Below, piece after piece: positions 59,355 to 64,000 of a stretch of 64,000 nucleotides of DNA. Both the position numbers and the translations under genes were made by a program. The DNA lies in the NCBI GenBank assembly GCA_963702435.1, contig CAVPCR010000001.1, forward strand, positions 32,001-96,000. Direction: 5' to 3'. How positions within the stretch are numbered: the stretch's first letter is position 1; every line of letters begins with the position of its first letter. A model generated the notes under the pieces. It was not told the DNA's origin and did not search any database. It was given only the letters and a program-made list of their open reading frames with translations. The stretch is from Candidatus Eiseniibacteriota bacterium (GTDB lineage Bacteria > Eisenbacteria > RBG-16-71-46 > CAVPCR01).

Positions 59355-60275
59355 CTACTCCGCGGCGAGCTCCGTGTACCCCACCGCCCGCGCCATGGCC
59401 GCAAACGGCGCCGTGACACCCGTCCACAGGGTGAAGCTCGCCGCTCCCTGATGGACGAGCATCCCGAGTCCATTCCACGCGGTGAGCCCTTGCCCGCGCA
59501 CGGCGCGGAGGAGGAGGGTCTCGGCGGGGCGATAGGCGACATCGGCGACCCGGGCGGCGAGCGGGAGGCGCGCCGGCTCGAACCCGGCGACCACGAGATC
59601 CGCCGAGGACGTCGCGTTCACGAAGAGGTCGGCCCGCTCGAGCTCCGCGGCGAGGCCCGGATCGCCGAGCGGCAGCGCGCACATGTCGCACGCCGGGCTC
59701 GCCGCAGCGAGGCGGGCCGCGGCGTCCTCGAGTCGGCCGCGCTCACGATTGGCGAGGACGACCCGCGCTCCCGCGCCGAGCAGCGCCCGCGCGATGAGCA
59801 CGCCGGCGCCGCCGGCCCCGGCGACCACGGCGCGGAGCCCCGGCGCCACGTGGAGCCCGTGATCGGCGCAGGAAGCGAGAAACCCGGCGCCGTCGGTCTC
59901 GTATCCCACCGCCTCGCCGCCGGTGAAGACGATCGTGTTGATGAGACCGAGCGCCGCCGCACTACCCTCGCGGCGATCGACGAGCCCCGCGGCCACCCCC
60001 TTGTACGGTGCGGTCACGTTGAGCCCGCGGAACCCGAGAGCGCGCGCGCCGCTCACCGCCGCCGCCACATGGTGCGGATCCACGTCGCAGGCCACGTACA
60101 CCCAGGCGAGGCCGGCGGCGGCGAAGCCCGCGTTCTGCATCGCCGGCGAGAGCGAGTGGGCGACCGGATGGCCGACGAGCCCGACGACCGCGGTGTCGCC
60201 GGCGATGGCCCGGCCCGCCGCTCCGGCGGCTCCGGCAACGCCGCCGGCCTGCGTGGTGCTCTCCTCCCCCGCCAA
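59355..60275 (-). CDS. aroE: Shikimate dehydrogenase
   Basis: GHPVAHSLSP, GLNVTAPYK, NT, GAGGA, NATS and GLGMLVHQ. Confidence 0.93.
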   Translation of the reverse strand: MAGEESTTQAGGVAGAAGAAGRAIAGDTAVVGLVGHPVAHSLSPAMQNAGFAAAGLAWVYVACDVDPHHVAAAVSGARALGFRGLNVTAPYKGVAAGLVDRREGSAAALGLINTIVFTGGEAVGYETDGAGFLASCADHGLHVAPGLRAVVAGAGGAGVLIARALLGAGARVVLANRERGRLEDAAARLAAASPACDMCALPLGDPGLAAELERADLFVNATSSADLVVAGFEPARLPLAARVADVAYRPAETLLLRAVRGQGLTAWNGLGMLVHQGAASFTLWTGVTAPFAAMARAVGYTELAAE

Positions 60276-60278
60276 CGG

Positions 60279-61079
60279 TCAGGCTCCGCGCCCGGCGGCG
60301 CCCTCGCGCCGCGCGGGCCTCCTGGCGAGGCCGCCGATCGCGATCGCGGCAATCCCGAGGCAGAAGACCTGGGTGAGGCTCAGCTGCAGGCCGAGCATGT
60401 GGACCGACTCCCCGCCCGGCTCGTAGTGCCGGAAGAAGTCGATCGCGAAGCGGGTGGCCGATTCGAAGAGGAGGAAGAGGAAGAAGAGCTGCCCGGGTCG
60501 GGTGAGCCGCCGGCGGAGCGACCACAGCACGAAGAAGCTCCCGAATCCGGCGAGCGCGAGGTAGAGCTGCGTCGGATGGAGCGGCACGCCGGGGTAGACC
60601 TCGCCGGCGAAGGAGTCCGGCGCGAAGGTGATCGCCCACGGCAGCTCGCACGGCCGCCCGAAGCAACAGCCGTTCAGGAAGCAGCCGAGGCGCGTGATGC
60701 CGGAACCGAGCGCGATCGCCGGGCTGAACGCGTCGCACACGGCGAGCACGGGCTGGCGATGCCGGCGCAGATAGAGAAACGAGCCCACCAGAGCGGCGAT
60801 GAACCCACCGTACATGGTGAGCCCGCCCTCCCACATCTTGAAGACATCGCCCCAGCGCCCGGCGTAGGCATCGAGGTGGGTCGCGACGTAGAGGAGCCGC
60901 GAGCCCGCGATCGCGAACACCATGATCCAGAGGCAGAGCGCCGAGAGCCGCGCCTCGTCGAGCTTGCGACGCCGCCCCTCGGCGAGGGCGACCTGCATGC
61001 CGGTGAGGAACGCCACCGCGAGCATGAGCCCGTAGCTGTGGATCTCGAGCGGTCCGATCTTGAACAGGGTGGGTATCAC
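60279..61079 (-). CDS. lgt: Prolipoprotein diacylglyceryl transferase
   Basis: SYG, WEGGLTMYGG, RLGCFLNGCC, HPTQLY and RF.IDFFR. Confidence 0.92.
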   Translation of the reverse strand: MIPTLFKIGPLEIHSYGLMLAVAFLTGMQVALAEGRRRKLDEARLSALCLWIMVFAIAGSRLLYVATHLDAYAGRWGDVFKMWEGGLTMYGGFIAALVGSFLYLRRHRQPVLAVCDAFSPAIALGSGITRLGCFLNGCCFGRPCELPWAITFAPDSFAGEVYPGVPLHPTQLYLALAGFGSFFVLWSLRRRLTRPGQLFFLFLLFESATRFAIDFFRHYEPGGESVHMLGLQLSLTQVFCLGIAAIAIGGLARRPARREGAAGRGA

Positions 61080-61154
61080 GCGCTCCCTCGACGGCGCGAT
61101 GTTCCGGCGCGCCGCATGCTCCAGTCCACGCTTCCTGCGTCCCCGGTTCCGGTC

Positions 61155-62408
61155 CTAGTACTCGTGGCGGCGGAGGCCGATTCCGAGCACGAGACCGAGC
61201 CCGACCAGATTGACGACGAGGGCCGTGCCGCCGTAGCTCACGAGCGGCAGCGGCAGCCCGGTCACCGGTGCGAGCCCCATCGTCATCGCCACGTTGATCA
61301 CCACGTGGAAGAAGAGCGGTGCCCCCACCCCGAACGCGATCAGGCTCGCGAAGCGGCTGCGCGCGCTCCGCGCGATGGTGATGATGCCGCTGAAGAGGAT
61401 GAAGTAGAGCCCGAGGATGGCGAGTCCGCCGGCGAAACCGAACTCCTCCCCGGCCACCGAGAAGACGAAGTCGGTGTGCTTCTCGGGAAGGAACTGGAAG
61501 TTCTTCTGCGTCCCCTGCAGGTAGCCCTGGCCGAGGAGCCCGCCCGAGCCGATCGCGATCTCCGACTGGATGATCTGGTAGCCGGAGCCGAAGCGATCGT
61601 GCCCCGGGTTCATGAAGGCGGTGATGCGATCACGCTGGTAGGGCTTCATGCTGCCCCAGATCTGGGGTGTAGCCACGCCCACCGTCAGATTGATGAGACA
61701 GAGCGCGATGACCGGCCCCCAGCGCAGCCGGTAGCGGTTCAGGCAGAACGAGAGCGTGGCGACGAAGGCCATCGCGAAGAGCCCCCAGGTGAGGGCGGAG
61801 AACGCGGCGATGACGCTCACGACCGGCGAGGTCAGGAGCGCGAGGTAGGACAGCGGCAGTCCCGCCCAGTAGAGCATGGCGATCAGGATGAAGGGGAACG
61901 CGATCGCGGTGCCGAGGTCCGGCTGCTTGAGGATGAAGAGCATCGGCAAGAGGACGAGCGCACAGGGCACGACGAGGCTCCGCACGTTCATGACGTCGCG
62001 GCGCCGGCGCGACAGATAGTAGGCGAGCGCGATCACCGTCGTCAGCTTGGCGATCTCCGACGGCTGGAAGCGGACACTACCGAGGCTCAGCCAGCGCTGC
62101 GCGCCGAGGCTCGTCTCGCCGATGACGAGGACCAGCGCGACGAGGACGAGCGAGATCCCCCAGCCCACGTAGGCGCGAATCCCCTCGTAGAGCGTGAACG
62201 GGACGGCGACGGCGCCGCCCATCCCCACTATCCCGATCGCGAGCCACAAGAGCTGGCGCAGATGGTGGTTCGTGATCGCCGTGAACCGCGAGCCGGTGGC
62301 CGCCGAGTAGATGAGGAGGATTCCGAACAGGGCGAGCAGGAGCGCCGAGCCGAGAATGGCAAGCTGCGATCCGACGAGGATCCCGCGCCCGCTCCGTGCG
62401 TTCATCAT
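61155..62408 (-). CDS. rodA: Rod shape-determining protein RodA (SEDS)
   Basis: GAQRW, QPSEIAK, QPDLGT, IAIGSGG, PEKHTDF and PLVSYGG. Confidence 0.93.
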   Translation of the reverse strand: MMNARSGRGILVGSQLAILGSALLLALFGILLIYSAATGSRFTAITNHHLRQLLWLAIGIVGMGGAVAVPFTLYEGIRAYVGWGISLVLVALVLVIGETSLGAQRWLSLGSVRFQPSEIAKLTTVIALAYYLSRRRRDVMNVRSLVVPCALVLLPMLFILKQPDLGTAIAFPFILIAMLYWAGLPLSYLALLTSPVVSVIAAFSALTWGLFAMAFVATLSFCLNRYRLRWGPVIALCLINLTVGVATPQIWGSMKPYQRDRITAFMNPGHDRFGSGYQIIQSEIAIGSGGLLGQGYLQGTQKNFQFLPEKHTDFVFSVAGEEFGFAGGLAILGLYFILFSGIITIARSARSRFASLIAFGVGAPLFFHVVINVAMTMGLAPVTGLPLPLVSYGGTALVVNLVGLGLVLGIGLRRHEY

Positions 62409-62423
62409 CGCATCCGGCTCCTG

Positions 62424-63998
62424 TCAGTCCGCCGTGGCGCCGCCGGGCGCTCCCACCTGCGCCAGCTCGCCGCCGCCGCGACCGAAGTAGGCGCGGAGGA
62501 TAGCCCCCGCCACCGGGGCGGCGAACTCGCCGCCGTGTCCGACGTTCTCGATGACGACGGCCACGGCGATCTCCGGCGCCTCGACCGGCGCGAATGCGGC
62601 GAAGAGGGCGTGGTCCTCGCCGTGCGGATTCTGCGCGGTGCCGGTCTTCCCCGCGACCCGGACGCCGGCCACGCGCGCCCGCTTGCCGGTGCCGCGCTCG
62701 GCGCCGACCACTTGCTCGAGCGATCCGACGACGCGCTGTCGCACCGCGGGCGGGATGTCGAGCGGGTGCGCCGCCGGACCCGCGAGCTGGCGGCCGCCGA
62801 GTTCCTGCATGACGTGGGGGACCGGCACCTGCCCGGTGCCGATCGCGGCCATCATCACGGCGAGCTGGAGCGGGGTCGCCAGCACCTCGCCCTGTCCGAT
62901 CGAGAGGTTGAGGACGGCGCCCTTGCTCCACTTCCCGCGGCCGTAGTTCCGGTTGTACCAGGCGGTGTCCGGGAAGAGCCCCTTGCGCTCGTTGAGCTCG
63001 ATGCCGGTCGGCTGCGCGAGCCCGAAACGCCGCGCATAGTCGCCCAGGCGATCGATACCGAGGCGCAGGCCGGCCTGATAGAAGTAGGTGTCGCAGGACA
63101 GCATCATGGCGTCCGCGAAGACGACCGAGCCGTGCACGTGATGGCAGCCGAAGTAGCGGTTCCCGAACTGGTAGCCGCCGGTGCAGGTCCGCAGGTACTC
63201 CTCCGGCCCCACCGCGTTCTCGGCCAGCGCGGCCGAGCCGGTCACCACCTTGAACACGGAGCCCGGCGGGTACTCCGAGTTGAGCACCCGATTGTGGAGC
63301 GGGTGCGCCGGGTCGTCGTCGAGCTTCTTCCAGGACTCGCGGGTGAGCCCGGCTGCGAACTCGTTCGGATCGAAGGTCGGCCGGCTGAGCGCGGCGAGCA
63401 CTCCCCCCGTGCGCGCATCGAGCACCACGACCGCACCGGAGAGCGAGTCCGGAAGGGCCGCCTCGGCGGCGAGCTGGAGGTCGAGGTCGAGCGTGAGCTT
63501 CGCCTCCTCGCCGGCCACCGGGGGGCGGAGCTTCGGGAAGCGCGTGAGCGGCATGAGATCGTCCATGCGCCGGCCGAGCGCGTTCACCTCGACCAGGCGC
63601 ACGCCGTTCAGCCCGCACAGGTTGTCCTCGAACGCCGCCTCCACCCCCGCCCGGCCGATCAGATCCCCGCGCTCGTAGCGACGCCCGGCGAACGGCGTCG
63701 GGACCGGCGCCTCGGTCCCCGGAGCCGCCTGCCCGGTCGCGGCGAGCTGCTTCGTGAGCTCGGCCTCGGTGATCTCCCCGACGTAGCCGAGGAGGTGCGC
63801 GGCGAGCCGGCCATGCACATAGCGGCGGCGCGGCTCGATCGCGATCGAAACGCCCGGGAACTGCTCGCGATGCTCCTCGATGTAGGCGACGGTGGCCGCG
63901 TCCGCATTGCGCAGCAGGTAGACGGGCAGGTACGAGCGACCCTTCTCGCGCGCGATCGTCTCCGCCATGACCGCCGGCTCGACCGCGATGACAGGCGC
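62424..63998 (-). CDS. mrdA: Penicillin-binding protein 2 (5' truncated)
   Basis: YPPGSVFK (SxxK), SCDTYFY and GKTGTAQ, upstream of rodA. Confidence 0.93.
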   Translation of the reverse strand, partial: APVIAVEPAVMAETIAREKGRSYLPVYLLRNADAATVAYIEEHREQFPGVSIAIEPRRRYVHGRLAAHLLGYVGEITEAELTKQLAATGQAAPGTEAPVPTPFAGRRYERGDLIGRAGVEAAFEDNLCGLNGVRLVEVNALGRRMDDLMPLTRFPKLRPPVAGEEAKLTLDLDLQLAAEAALPDSLSGAVVVLDARTGGVLAALSRPTFDPNEFAAGLTRESWKKLDDDPAHPLHNRVLNSEYPPGSVFKVVTGSAALAENAVGPEEYLRTCTGGYQFGNRYFGCHHVHGSVVFADAMMLSCDTYFYQAGLRLGIDRLGDYARRFGLAQPTGIELNERKGLFPDTAWYNRNYGRGKWSKGAVLNLSIGQGEVLATPLQLAVMMAAIGTGQVPVPHVMQELGGRQLAGPAAHPLDIPPAVRQRVVGSLEQVVGAERGTGKRARVAGVRVAGKTGTAQNPHGEDHALFAAFAPVEAPEIAVAVVIENVGHGGEFAAPVAGAILRAYFGRGGGELAQVGAPGGATAD

Positions 63999-64000
63999 GA

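Overview
This is a high-GC, mostly housekeeping chromosomal window. Three secreted proteins end in a FlgD-Ig/T9SS-CTD-like tail, which suggests an FCB-related lineage such as Ca. Eisenbacteria, Krumholzibacteriota or Latescibacterota (inference). In order it holds: (1) a phosphate-starvation module with two PhoB-like regulators, PhoR, a TonB-dependent receptor operon, a porin O/P and 11-bp-spaced Pho-box-like repeats; (2) heme A/heme O synthesis genes, a divergent membrane pyrophosphatase, iadA, tldD (three frameshifts), tldE and rocD; (3) two large secreted repeat proteins next to tRNA-Glu; (4) lexA, directly downstream of an intact 1093-aa DnaE paralogue that has lost its catalytic residues, under a promoter with a palindromic operator; (5) an M16 peptidase pair, rarA, a candidate rod-like small RNA, and a sigma54 two-component module upstream of a histone-H1-like gene; (6) two CNNM/hemolysin genes, a PpiD-like gene and a long minus-strand core run from mrdA to tatA. 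That run is interrupted by two plus-strand accessory genes, one of them (MOSC) sitting inside an array of five ~52-bp direct repeats. The strongest candidates for new biology are the catalytically dead DnaE/lexA operon, the repeat-flanked MOSC cassette, the sigma54-driven histone-like gene and the candidate ncRNA. All family assignments are by-eye motif recognition; no database search was run.
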